64,000 nt of DNA from Lachnospiraceae bacterium UBA3814. Its GTDB lineage: Bacteria > Bacillota > Clostridia > Lachnospirales > Lachnospiraceae. The stretch covers positions 1,300 to 65,299 of the forward strand of contig DFEA01000040.1 of assembly GCA_002368575.1 (NCBI GenBank). Reading direction: 5' to 3'. The notes beneath the pieces were generated by a model. It was not told the DNA's origin. It was given only the letters and a program-made list of their open reading frames with translations, and made no database searches. Numbering within the stretch: the stretch's first letter is position 1; every line of letters starts with the position of its first letter. Shown piece by piece: positions 27,142 to 35,488 of this stretch. The translations under genes were made by a program, and so were the position numbers.

Positions 27142-28020
27142 TCATCCTCTAAGCTTTTTTCTTACCGCAAGCTCCGCCTCGTAAAGCTTTTTTTCTCCGG
27201 TCCCAAGGACCTTCTCCACCACCTCTATCCTGCGCCTCAGCATATCCATGGCGTGAACGGTAAGGGAGGCGGCCTGATCGGTCCCCCACATATCATGATC
27301 CAGCGTTATATGCCTTTCGATCACCCTTGCTCCGAGAGCCGCGGCTACTACCGTCCCCTCCAGGTTCTGCTCGTGCCCGCTGTAGCCCACAAGACACCCG
27401 TAGCGCTCCCTTAAGGTGTTTATCATCCTTAGATTAAGCTCCTCATCCTTAGCCGGATAGGCGGAGTTTGTATGCATAAGGATGTATTCTCCGTTTCCGT
27501 CCCTCTCAAGGATATCTACCGCGGCATCTATCTCCTCCCAGGTGCTCATTCCGGTGGACATTATCACCGGCCTCCCCGAACGCGCGCAGCCTGACAGGAG
27601 CTCCCTGTCCGTGATGCCCGCGGAAGCGACCTTAATAAAGGGAATGTCGTATTTAAGCATAAACTCAAGGCTCGGCATATCCCAGGGAGAGGCCGTAAAG
27701 GCTATGGGCTTTTCTCTGCAGTAGCTGTCTATATAGTCGTATTCCTCCCTGCCGAATTCTATCCTCTTCTTGTATTCAAGGTAGGTTATCCTTCCCCAGG
27801 GAGTATCCCTCATCACATTTTTCTGTGCCTCGGGAACGGAGATATCTGGATCCCTTTTCTGAAGCTTCACCGCATTCCAGCCTGTGGCATTGGCGGCATC
27901 GATAAGCTTTTTTGCTATCTGTATATCCCCGTTGTGATTTATGCCTATCTCGGCTATAAGATAGGGGCTGCTGTTCTCATTTACCTCATAACCGCCTAAC
28001 AGGATATTTTTTTTCGCCAT
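27142..28020 (-). CDS. NeuB-family PEP-dependent sugar condensing enzyme lacking the C-terminal SAF domain
   Basis: SPYLIAEIGINHNGDIQIAKKLID...VKLQKR, FIKVASAGITD, PVIMSTGMSTWEEID, MHTNSAYPA, GYSGHE and ERHITLD form the NeuB TIM-barrel pattern. The protein ends at 292 aa, about 40-50 aa short of the SAF/antifreeze-like domain. Confidence 0.7.
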   Translation of the reverse strand: MAKKNILLGGYEVNENSSPYLIAEIGINHNGDIQIAKKLIDAANATGWNAVKLQKRDPDISVPEAQKNVMRDTPWGRITYLEYKKRIEFGREEYDYIDSYCREKPIAFTASPWDMPSLEFMLKYDIPFIKVASAGITDRELLSGCARSGRPVIMSTGMSTWEEIDAAVDILERDGNGEYILMHTNSAYPAKDEELNLRMINTLRERYGCLVGYSGHEQNLEGTVVAAALGARVIERHITLDHDMWGTDQAASLTVHAMDMLRRRIEVVEKVLGTGEKKLYEAELAVRKKLRG

Positions 28021-28061
28021 GACATCATCCCATACTTTTATTCAGTAATGATCCGTTGGTA

Positions 28062-29894
28062 TCATTCCTCGTCAGTAAGAGGAATGAACATATTCCTTTT
28101 AAGCTCCTCTCTGGGCAAAAACGGCGCAAGATCCTCAAGAGGAGGGCTTACCATTGTTCCGTCGGGAAGCTTTCTTCCGCTGCTCTTAGGCTCCCATACC
28201 TGCTCGGTGTCGGTAAATATCTCGCAGAACAGGGGCCCTTCCATTGACAGTGCCTTATCGACCGTCTCCATCATCTCTTTGTTGCTGTGCGCGCTCAGGT
28301 AGGTATAGCCGAAGGCTTCGGCGATCCTTTTGTACTCGGGGAATGAAAGGTCTCCCGATTCCGGTCCGATACCCACTCTGGTATGCTCGCTGAAGATATT
28401 GCTCTGGGTTATCCTGATTGAATGATAACCACTGTTATTTATTAAAAAGATCTTGATGGGGAGCCTGTTTGTTATAATTGTCTGCAGCTCCTGAAGGTTC
28501 ATCATTATGCTTCCGTCGCCCTCAAGACAGATGGTCTCCCTTCCGCCGCCTCCAAGGCAGGTACCGATAGCCGCCGGAAGACCGTAGCCCATGCTTGCTA
28601 TGGCGCTGTTATTGGCCATACGGCTTCCCTTTTTTATGACATAGGCCTGATTCCCCACCACACAACAGGCGCCGTTTGATACGGCGGTAAGGCTGTTTTC
28701 CGGAAGACGACCGCTCAGATACCTGACAAAGGCGTAGACGTTGGCGCTCCTTCCGTTTTCCTCAAAATGTCTCGGAAGCGCGGCAGGGTATTCCTCCTTC
28801 CACTTCTGCGTTGTTTCTATCCATTCCGTCCGTCCGGACACCCGTTCACCGGCTTTAAGCTTAAGCTTCTCAAGGAAGTCCTTTGCGTCCGCCCACACGG
28901 GCATATCAACATGGATGGTGTGCTTTTTCAGCTCACCCTCATCTATATCCACCATTATGACCTTCGCGGCCCTTGCCCAGGTCTCCCAGTTATAGCCTAC
29001 CTGACGTATGGAGATCCTCGTTCCCACCGCCAGTATCAGGTCCGCATTCTGGATGGCGAAGTTCCCGGGCCTGTCGCCCATATTTCCCGCACGCCCGCAA
29101 TATAAAGGATGCTCGTCCTCGATAAGATCCACCGCGTTCCAGTACGTGACAACAGGTATGTTTAGCCTTTCCGCCACCTCTCTGAAGGCTTCATACGCTC
29201 CGGAAAGCCTTATGCCGTAGCCCGCGTAAAAGACCGGTCTTTCGGCCTTCTTTATTTCAGCTATGACCTTATCTATCGTTTCCTCCGGTACCGGAGGCGG
29301 AAGCATCGCGTCATCCTCCGTGGGATCGTAGCCGTGAAGCGTATCTGTCTCTATGTACGCGCCCTGAAAATTGACAGGTATGTCTATCCACACAGGCCCC
29401 GGCCTTCCCGTCGTCGCAAGATGCCAGCCCTTTTCAAGCGCGTACCTTATGTCCTTCGGGTCCTCTATCATGACCGCGTACTTTGTCATCGGCTCTACGG
29501 ACCTTATGATATCATACTCCTGATCCCCCAGGGCCCTGACCCTTGCGCCGGCATGCTTAAGCGCGTATCGCGCGGTCGTATCGTATCTGACCTGACCGCT
29601 TATCACAAACATGGGAATGGAATCAAGCCATCCGCATACCACACCCGTTATGGCGTTTGTACCTCCCGGTCCGGTGGTCACGCAGACCGCGGCTATCCGG
29701 TTGTCCAATCTCGCATAAGCCTCCGCGGCCATGGCACAGGCCTGTTCATGATGATTGTATGTGACCTTAAGGCCCTCCTTATGCCCTAACGCGTCGTTTA
29801 AGTGCATGGCTCCGCCTCCCACCACGCTGAAGCAGTCCGTCACTTTGTGACTGACCAGAAAATCGGCCACATAATCCGCAAGTCTGATCTTCAT
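28062..29894 (-). CDS. Thiamine-diphosphate-dependent enzyme of the acetolactate-synthase-like family (three-domain, 610 aa)
   Basis: N-terminal Pyr domain (VVGGGAMHLNDAL..HHEQACAMAAEAYAR..TTGPGGTNA). C-terminal ThDP-binding motif (LEGDGSIMMNLQEL..NNSGY). Confidence 0.75.
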   Translation of the reverse strand: MKIRLADYVADFLVSHKVTDCFSVVGGGAMHLNDALGHKEGLKVTYNHHEQACAMAAEAYARLDNRIAAVCVTTGPGGTNAITGVVCGWLDSIPMFVISGQVRYDTTARYALKHAGARVRALGDQEYDIIRSVEPMTKYAVMIEDPKDIRYALEKGWHLATTGRPGPVWIDIPVNFQGAYIETDTLHGYDPTEDDAMLPPPVPEETIDKVIAEIKKAERPVFYAGYGIRLSGAYEAFREVAERLNIPVVTYWNAVDLIEDEHPLYCGRAGNMGDRPGNFAIQNADLILAVGTRISIRQVGYNWETWARAAKVIMVDIDEGELKKHTIHVDMPVWADAKDFLEKLKLKAGERVSGRTEWIETTQKWKEEYPAALPRHFEENGRSANVYAFVRYLSGRLPENSLTAVSNGACCVVGNQAYVIKKGSRMANNSAIASMGYGLPAAIGTCLGGGGRETICLEGDGSIMMNLQELQTIITNRLPIKIFLINNSGYHSIRITQSNIFSEHTRVGIGPESGDLSFPEYKRIAEAFGYTYLSAHSNKEMMETVDKALSMEGPLFCEIFTDTEQVWEPKSSGRKLPDGTMVSPPLEDLAPFLPREELKRNMFIPLTDEE

Positions 29895-29927
29895 ATGCTG
29901 TAGATACCCCCTTTTATTACTCCCTTG

Positions 29928-30866
29928 CTAAAAATTTATCCTTCTTTCCTCAACGACCACCGGTCTGTGTATCACTCTCTTGTTTATGTTCAGTATATAT
30001 TCCCCTATGAGCCCGATAAAGAACAGCTGCAAACCTCCAAGAAGGAACACCCCGATGATCATGGGTGCATAGCCCGCCCTGAAGCTGTTCCAGTAGATCA
30101 GTTTCAGCACAAGATATATGATCGCGATCACAAAGCTTATAACAGCCGTAATAAAGCCCATAAACACCGCAAGCCTGAGACCTATCTTGGTATAGGAGGT
30201 AAAGCTCAGCATTGCGGCATCATAGAGAGAATAGAAGTTATTGTGCGTTTTCCCCGCACGCCTCCTTGCCTGCTCGTATTCTATCTGTATCATATTAAAG
30301 CCCGAGCCGTATTCCGCAACTATTCCCCGAAGGAAGGGGATCGGATCATTTAACTGCCTTATAAGCATGATAAAGGAACGGTCATAAAGCCCGAACCCCG
30401 TAAAATGCTCAAGCATCTGGACGTCGGACATGTTTTTGATCATCTTGTAATAGATCGTTCTTAAGAAATAGATAAAACCGTTCTCCCTGCTTGAGGATTT
30501 GATCCCGCTTACTATCCTGTGGCCCTTTTCCCATTCCTCAATAAATACCGGTATAAGCTCCAGAGGGTCCTGAAAATCGCAGCACACAGGGATCACGCAG
30601 TCTCCCTCGCACTGACACATTCCGTAAAAGGGAGAATTAAACTGACCGAAATTGGAGGCATTGAATATTGCCCTGATACGCTTATCCTCCTTGCAGAGCC
30701 TTTCTATCACGTCTCTTGTCCCGTCTGTGGAGCAGTTGTCGATAAATACGATCTCATGATCATACCCGGAAAGCTTATCCTTAAAAAGCTGCCTCAGGGC
30801 ATCGGCCATGGCCTGTGCATTCTCCACCTCATTAAAGCAGGGAATCAAAATACTAATCTTCTTCAT
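29928..30866 (-). CDS. GT2 glycosyltransferase with two C-terminal TM helices (GtrB/ArnC/CsbB-like polyprenyl-phosphate glycosyltransferase)
   Basis: ISILIPCFNEVEN and VFIDNCSTDGT motifs. C-terminal helices LAVFMGFITAVISFVIAIIYLVL and MIIGVFLLGGLQLFFIGLIGEYI. Start set to ATG at 30866, 7 nt after the rfbF stop. The longer ORF-track N-terminus is unsupported. Confidence 0.7.
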   Translation of the reverse strand: MKKISILIPCFNEVENAQAMADALRQLFKDKLSGYDHEIVFIDNCSTDGTRDVIERLCKEDKRIRAIFNASNFGQFNSPFYGMCQCEGDCVIPVCCDFQDPLELIPVFIEEWEKGHRIVSGIKSSSRENGFIYFLRTIYYKMIKNMSDVQMLEHFTGFGLYDRSFIMLIRQLNDPIPFLRGIVAEYGSGFNMIQIEYEQARRRAGKTHNNFYSLYDAAMLSFTSYTKIGLRLAVFMGFITAVISFVIAIIYLVLKLIYWNSFRAGYAPMIIGVFLLGGLQLFFIGLIGEYILNINKRVIHRPVVVEERRINF

Positions 30867-30873
30867 AGGACAT

Positions 30874-31656
30874 CTACCACTTTTTCCACGGAGCTTCTCC
30901 GTTTTTCCACAGCTCCTCCAGCTCGTTCTTCTCCTTGATATTATCCATGCACTTCCAGAAGCCCTTATGGATATAGGACATAAGCTGACCCTCCTCGGCA
31001 AGCCTTGAAAGAGGCTTTTTTTCAAGAACGGTCTTGTCCCCGAAGGTCAGGTAATCAAAGATCGCTGGCTCAAACACCATATATCCCGCATTGATGGGAA
31101 CATTATCCGCGGTCTGCTTCTCCCTGAAGGACCTTACCGCTCCGTAGCCCTCATAGTCTATGTCAAGTATCCCCTTCTGCTGTTCCTGCATCACGGCTGT
31201 CAGGGTCGCCGTCTTTTTGTGCTCCTTATGAAATTCCACCAGCTTATTTATATCCACGTCGCAGACCCCGTCACCGTAGGTCAGCATAAAGGTCTCATCC
31301 CCTATATATGCCTGTACCCGCTTAAGACGGCCCCCCGTCATGGTATCATAGCCGGTATCGACAATGGTGACCCTCCAGGGCTCGGTATGCTTGTTATGCA
31401 CGATCATCTCATTTCCCCGTGTGAAATCAAAGGTTATATCCGAGGTATAAAGGAAATAATCGGCAAACCATTCCTTTATCATATGCTGCTTGTAGCCCGC
31501 GCAGATGATAAATTCATTGTAGCCGTAATAGCTGTACTCCTTCATGATATGCCATAAGATCGGCATACCGCCGATCTCTATCATGGGCTTGGGTCTGTAT
31601 TCGGATTCTTCGGAGATGCGGGTCCCCATACCGCCCGCAAGTATCACTGTTTTCAT
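30874..31656 (-). CDS. rfbF: Glucose-1-phosphate cytidylyltransferase
   Basis: MKTVILAGGMGTRISEESEYRPKPMIEIGGMPILWHIMKEYSYYGYNEFIICAGYK is nearly colinear with Salmonella RfbF as I recall it. Confidence 0.85.
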   Translation of the reverse strand: MKTVILAGGMGTRISEESEYRPKPMIEIGGMPILWHIMKEYSYYGYNEFIICAGYKQHMIKEWFADYFLYTSDITFDFTRGNEMIVHNKHTEPWRVTIVDTGYDTMTGGRLKRVQAYIGDETFMLTYGDGVCDVDINKLVEFHKEHKKTATLTAVMQEQQKGILDIDYEGYGAVRSFREKQTADNVPINAGYMVFEPAIFDYLTFGDKTVLEKKPLSRLAEEGQLMSYIHKGFWKCMDNIKEKNELEELWKNGEAPWKKW

Positions 31657-31667
31657 ATTATCACATC

Positions 31668-31701
31668 CGTTATCTTATAGCACCGTGAAAGACCGGTGCT
31701 C
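31668..31701. repeat. 34-nt direct repeat with internal hairpin, copy 1
   Basis: CGTTATCTTATAGCACCGTGAAAGACCGGTGCTC; one mismatch to 31794-31827. Lies 12 nt upstream of the rfbF ATG. Confidence 0.7.
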
Positions 31702-31793
31702 TTTCTGATTATTATCTGCCTCCGCGTAGACTCACAAATCGTTGAAAAGCACGATTTGCTTGTTGCGGCGCTTCGCTTAATCCGCAACTGACT

Positions 31794-31835
31794 CGTTATC
31801 TTATGGCACCGTGAAAGACCGGTGCTCATAAGATA
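31794..31835. repeat. 34-nt direct repeat, copy 2, here completed into a ~15-bp hairpin (31797-31835)
   Basis: CGTTATCTTATGGCACCGTGAAAGACCGGTGCTC followed by ATAAGATA, giving the stem TATCTTATGGCACCG / CGGTGCTCATAAGATA. Confidence 0.7.
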
Positions 31836-31971
31836 GTATACTAAATCCTGTATCAAAAGAAAACCCTTAGTAACCGTTCACCGGGGCGATCGCTTAATAC
31901 CCTCATAACCCCGACGGGCTTTCTTATAATCAGCATATCCCACACAGCCCCCGGTAGGATGAACCACCGCA

Positions 31972-34143
31972 TCATTGCTCACTGCCGTGCTTTTCAAAAT
32001 AAAACAGGTCGATGGAGCTAAGCTCCTTTACCTTCGCGCTCCAGGTTCTGTAGCTTACCGTTTTCTCCGAAAGGGTTTCCGCGCCCTGAAGCTTAAGGCC
32101 CTCAAGGTAGCCGTCATTATCCACAAAGGGGAATTCTATGAGAAAGACCCTGTCAAATTCTACCTCGGACTTATCCCAGCCTATAAGGCTGTTTACATCT
32201 CCGTTGTAGGCGATCTTGCCCCAGAGTATTGGCGTTTTGTCCTCAGCTCTGTCCCGCATTGTGATCAGCTCCTTATTCTCGGTATCATACCAGAAATGAT
32301 CCTGATAAAGAACCCCTCTTAAAGATTTGACGTTTTCCTTTTCATTCATCTCAGGGACCAGTATCAGGGTCCTCTCATCATAATCTATCTCCGAAAGGAT
32401 CCTCTCAAGAAGCAGGATATAATCAAAGCCCTGCCTGTTGACCTGTATCGCCGGAGACATATACAGCTCCTTTCCCGTGTCAAGGTATACAAAGCGGCCT
32501 CTTCCCGAATCATGGACATCCCTTTTATACATGGTAAGCGGATCTGACATGTAATACTGCTGAAAAAGGAACAGGACCGTTATTGCTGAGAGTATAACGG
32601 TTCTTAAGACCTTCCCTTCCGTCAGCAGGCAGATACCCGAAAGGCTTATGACAGCGATCATAAAGCTCCCCTGTATCACATACCTGTATTGATCATAGGT
32701 ATGAAAAGCGCAGTTTATCGCGGTAAGCCCCAGTATCCCGAATATAAGGGGAAGAATCTCAAGGATAAAGGCTTTGAGGCCGGAGGGAGTATTTTCGCGC
32801 GGCACTGTTTTTTCCGGATATTCTCCGGCGTTTTCCGGCCCGGACCCCTTCCTCCTTATGAGCTCCCTGACCGTAAGCAATACAAATATCAGGACCGGCA
32901 CCCATAAATAATTAAAAACGACCGTTTCATATATCTTTGAAGCAATATAGGCTTTATCAATTAAAAAACCATTGTTCGGATCCTTGTATTCCTGTTCATA
33001 TGTACCGTCCTCCCCCTGCGTTACCGTCATCCCCCAGGATTCCGCCTTTGCACCGTCATTCATCAGACGGTTCATTACCATGGGAGTGATAAACACGGCA
33101 ATCCAGAGTATTACCGGCAAAAACAGGAACACTCCTCTTCTGATATCGGGCTTAACGCCTCCGTTTTTCATCCGATGCTCTATATGCTCCTTAAGCAGCG
33201 CTCCGAAGGCAAAGCCTGTATACAATACGGCCATAGGCTCAACGGAGAAGCAAAGCATAAGGGCTGATACCATGAACAGAGAGTTCAGTCTGTAATAATA
33301 TGAAAACATAACGAATACCAGGATGATGAGCGCAATATAATCAAGATCCGTATTCTGCATTCCGAGAAAAGGCGTAAAGGATATACAGGAAAGAGCAAGA
33401 AGTACCTTTCCGGCCCGGCTCTGCCCGGGAACCAGCCTCTCTGTTAAAAGGCAGACCAGCACAGCGGCAATAAGCACATAAAAGAAAAGACAGTATCTGA
33501 GATCCAGATACCCGTTTCCGCTTTTTAAAGCCGCACCGGGCATCATAAGGATGTCCGCGCCGTAGGACAGATGTCCGGCAAGCGTCTTCAGTCCGGCGGG
33601 CGTAAAATCCCAGGCGCTTAATTTCAGCATTTTTTTTGCGTATATATGATCGTCCCAGATCGGTATCCATTTAAAGGTGTCGATACTGAAGATAACACAG
33701 AAAAGAAGAGCAAGCGGGACTCCCGGATTTTCTTTCAGGAAGCCCTTCAGCCTTCCGGGAATATCTTCCGCTCTTCCATTTTTCAGGGCTCTTGTCCCCC
33801 AAAAGCAGACGGAAGCCGCAGCAAGGACCGATTCCAGAAGGATCATGAACAGATGTGTCTTTACAGATCGGCCGTCGGATAGCAGAAAAAGGAGCAAACA
33901 CAGAAAGCCTGCCGACATGGCAAGGCTTTCGTATACCCTCGCAGCCGGATACTCTGCTTTATTTATCGTATCCGCCAGATATCCGGCCAGAAGTACGATC
34001 AGACCGGCACCAAAGATCAGATCGGAGGCGGCATCAAGCCCGCCCCTTCCTAAGATCAGGGAAAGCGACGCGATGATATAGCCGGTGATCCTTACGGCTA
34101 AGCCGGACACGGACCCCGGGATACTTCCAAAAGCACTTCTCAT
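31972..34143 (-). CDS. Large polytopic membrane protein (about 14 TM helices + ~160-aa C-terminal soluble domain), function unknown; possibly GT-C-type transferase/polymerase
   Basis: Hydrophobic-segment pattern only; I recognise no family motif. Its start overlaps the stop of the upstream pseudogene remnant (ATGA). Confidence 0.4.
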   Translation of the reverse strand: MRSAFGSIPGSVSGLAVRITGYIIASLSLILGRGGLDAASDLIFGAGLIVLLAGYLADTINKAEYPAARVYESLAMSAGFLCLLLFLLSDGRSVKTHLFMILLESVLAAASVCFWGTRALKNGRAEDIPGRLKGFLKENPGVPLALLFCVIFSIDTFKWIPIWDDHIYAKKMLKLSAWDFTPAGLKTLAGHLSYGADILMMPGAALKSGNGYLDLRYCLFFYVLIAAVLVCLLTERLVPGQSRAGKVLLALSCISFTPFLGMQNTDLDYIALIILVFVMFSYYYRLNSLFMVSALMLCFSVEPMAVLYTGFAFGALLKEHIEHRMKNGGVKPDIRRGVFLFLPVILWIAVFITPMVMNRLMNDGAKAESWGMTVTQGEDGTYEQEYKDPNNGFLIDKAYIASKIYETVVFNYLWVPVLIFVLLTVRELIRRKGSGPENAGEYPEKTVPRENTPSGLKAFILEILPLIFGILGLTAINCAFHTYDQYRYVIQGSFMIAVISLSGICLLTEGKVLRTVILSAITVLFLFQQYYMSDPLTMYKRDVHDSGRGRFVYLDTGKELYMSPAIQVNRQGFDYILLLERILSEIDYDERTLILVPEMNEKENVKSLRGVLYQDHFWYDTENKELITMRDRAEDKTPILWGKIAYNGDVNSLIGWDKSEVEFDRVFLIEFPFVDNDGYLEGLKLQGAETLSEKTVSYRTWSAKVKELSSIDLFYFEKHGSEQ

Positions 34144-34486
34144 GCCTGATACCTCCCGGAAAATTCTTCAAGAAATTCTCTGATATTGATATGCTGCGGA
34201 CAGTTCTTCTCACAAAGCCCGCATTTGACGCATTCTGAGGCCTTCCCATGGTTCATGGAATATCTCTCATAATTACATATTTGTGATCTGCCCCGTGACC
34301 GCGTACAGGTTAAGAAGCCCAAAGTAATCGGGAATGTCCCTTCCGTAGCGGGAGACCAGAGCTTTTCGGACCGCGTCCTCCGAGGTCTCATCATGATACG
34401 GATACGCGGTATCAAAATATGTAAAACCGGCATCCAGATATTCATCGGTCATTTTCCTGAACTGTTCGATGTCTATGCTCTTAGGA
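34143..34486 (-). pseudogene. Internally deleted, frameshifted remnant of an aldo/keto reductase with C-terminal 4Fe-4S cluster motif
   Basis: One frame reads SIDIEQFRKMTDEYLDAGFTYFDTAYPYHDETSEDAVRKAL (AKR N-terminal region, but lacking its own start). Another frame reads ASECVKCGLCEKNCPQHINIREFLEEF (C-terminal Fe-S motif). The roughly 230 residues expected between them are absent. Confidence 0.6.
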
Positions 34487-35476
34487 TCATCTTGCTCCCG
34501 CTTCCCTGCCTTCAAAAATATGCTCCCTGTACCACTCGTAGGTTCTCTGTATCCCCTCCTCAAGTGTGATACGCGGTCTGAAACCGATGTGCGAAAAGGT
34601 ATTTGACATATCCGGGCATCTCCTTTTGGGAGAGCCGGTGGTGGCGGGACGCGGAAGTATCCTCTGATCCTTTCCTACGGTCTCAAGCACTATCCCGGCA
34701 ACCTGCTCCATAGTGACCTCCGGGCCTTCATTTCCGATATTGAAGGATTTTCCCGCGGCATCGGCATTGCTCATAAGCTCAACGATCATTTCCACCGCGT
34801 CCGAAATGTAGCAGAAGGATCTTCTGTGGTCCACGGAAAATACCTCTATCTCCGCTCCCGGCCCGCTGTGATATGCTTTGCTAAGCAATTCCGGGATAAC
34901 ATGGGACATACCCATTCTGGGGCCGTAGAAATTATGAGGCCTTATGACGGTAAAGGGGAGACCGCTCTGATACAACAGTGCCTCCCCGTATATCTTTGAA
35001 AGCATATATGAGGTCCTCTTATTATCAAACGGCGTGATCGTCAGAGGCGTATCCTCGGGTGTGGGTATCTTCATATCAAAGAACTGGAGCGTCCCCGCGT
35101 ATATCTCGCTTGTCGAGGCAAACACGAACCTTTTAAGAGCCTTCTGTCTTTTCGCGGCCTCTATCATATTAACCAGTATGGCGACATTTTTGTCGAGCAC
35201 CTCATAGGAATGCTCAAGAACATTCTGTACGCCTATGATAGCGGCAAGGTGAATGATACAGTCAAAATCATTTTCAAGAGCTTTAACGCTCTCCTTATCC
35301 ATCAGGTCCATGGATATCAGTTTTACATTCCTTTTTTCCTCAAGCTCCTTTAAGGCCGAATCCCTGACACCTCTTGAAAAGTTGTCGATGATCGTGATCC
35401 CGTGATCATCCTCCAGAAGCCTGTTTATAAGATGAAGACCTATAAAGCCGGCACCGCCGGTCACTAATATTTTCAT
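34487..35476 (-). CDS. NAD-dependent nucleotide-sugar epimerase/dehydratase (extended SDR)
   Basis: MKILVTGGAGFIGLHLINRLL, ASTSEIYG and YMLSKIYGE (YxxxK). Confidence 0.75.
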   Translation of the reverse strand: MKILVTGGAGFIGLHLINRLLEDDHGITIIDNFSRGVRDSALKELEEKRNVKLISMDLMDKESVKALENDFDCIIHLAAIIGVQNVLEHSYEVLDKNVAILVNMIEAAKRQKALKRFVFASTSEIYAGTLQFFDMKIPTPEDTPLTITPFDNKRTSYMLSKIYGEALLYQSGLPFTVIRPHNFYGPRMGMSHVIPELLSKAYHSGPGAEIEVFSVDHRRSFCYISDAVEMIVELMSNADAAGKSFNIGNEGPEVTMEQVAGIVLETVGKDQRILPRPATTGSPKRRCPDMSNTFSHIGFRPRITLEEGIQRTYEWYREHIFEGREAGAR

Positions 35477-35488
35477 TGTCGTACCTGT

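Noticed and set aside
28062-29894. Assigning the ThDP enzyme as sulfoacetaldehyde acetyltransferase (Xsc) to fit the sulfur theme
   Set aside because: It is tempting, but motifs alone cannot separate Xsc from other AHAS-like enzymes. Its operon partners are sugar-nucleotide and glycosyltransferase genes, so I left it as a generic ThDP enzyme.
29928-31025. Long N-terminal extensions offered by the ORF track (also 23912-24046, 8048-8113, 1888-1983)
   Set aside because: The extensions overlap upstream genes or run through promoter regions and lack SDs. Internal ATGs with good SDs coincide with the family-typical N-termini.
31668-31835. Possible CRISPR array
   Set aside because: There are only two repeat copies separated by 92 nt of hairpin-rich sequence, no further units, and no cas genes in the window.
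31653-31856. 67-aa minus-strand ORF in the rfbF upstream gap
   Set aside because: Its sequence is the two 34-nt repeats translated (…TGLSRC[HY]KIT… twice). It has no SD, so I interpret it as non-coding repeat DNA.
33341-34081. Several 70-135-aa ORFs on both strands inside the 723-aa membrane-protein gene
   Set aside because: They are alternative-frame or antisense ORFs within a long continuous hydrophobic reading frame. They have no independent support.
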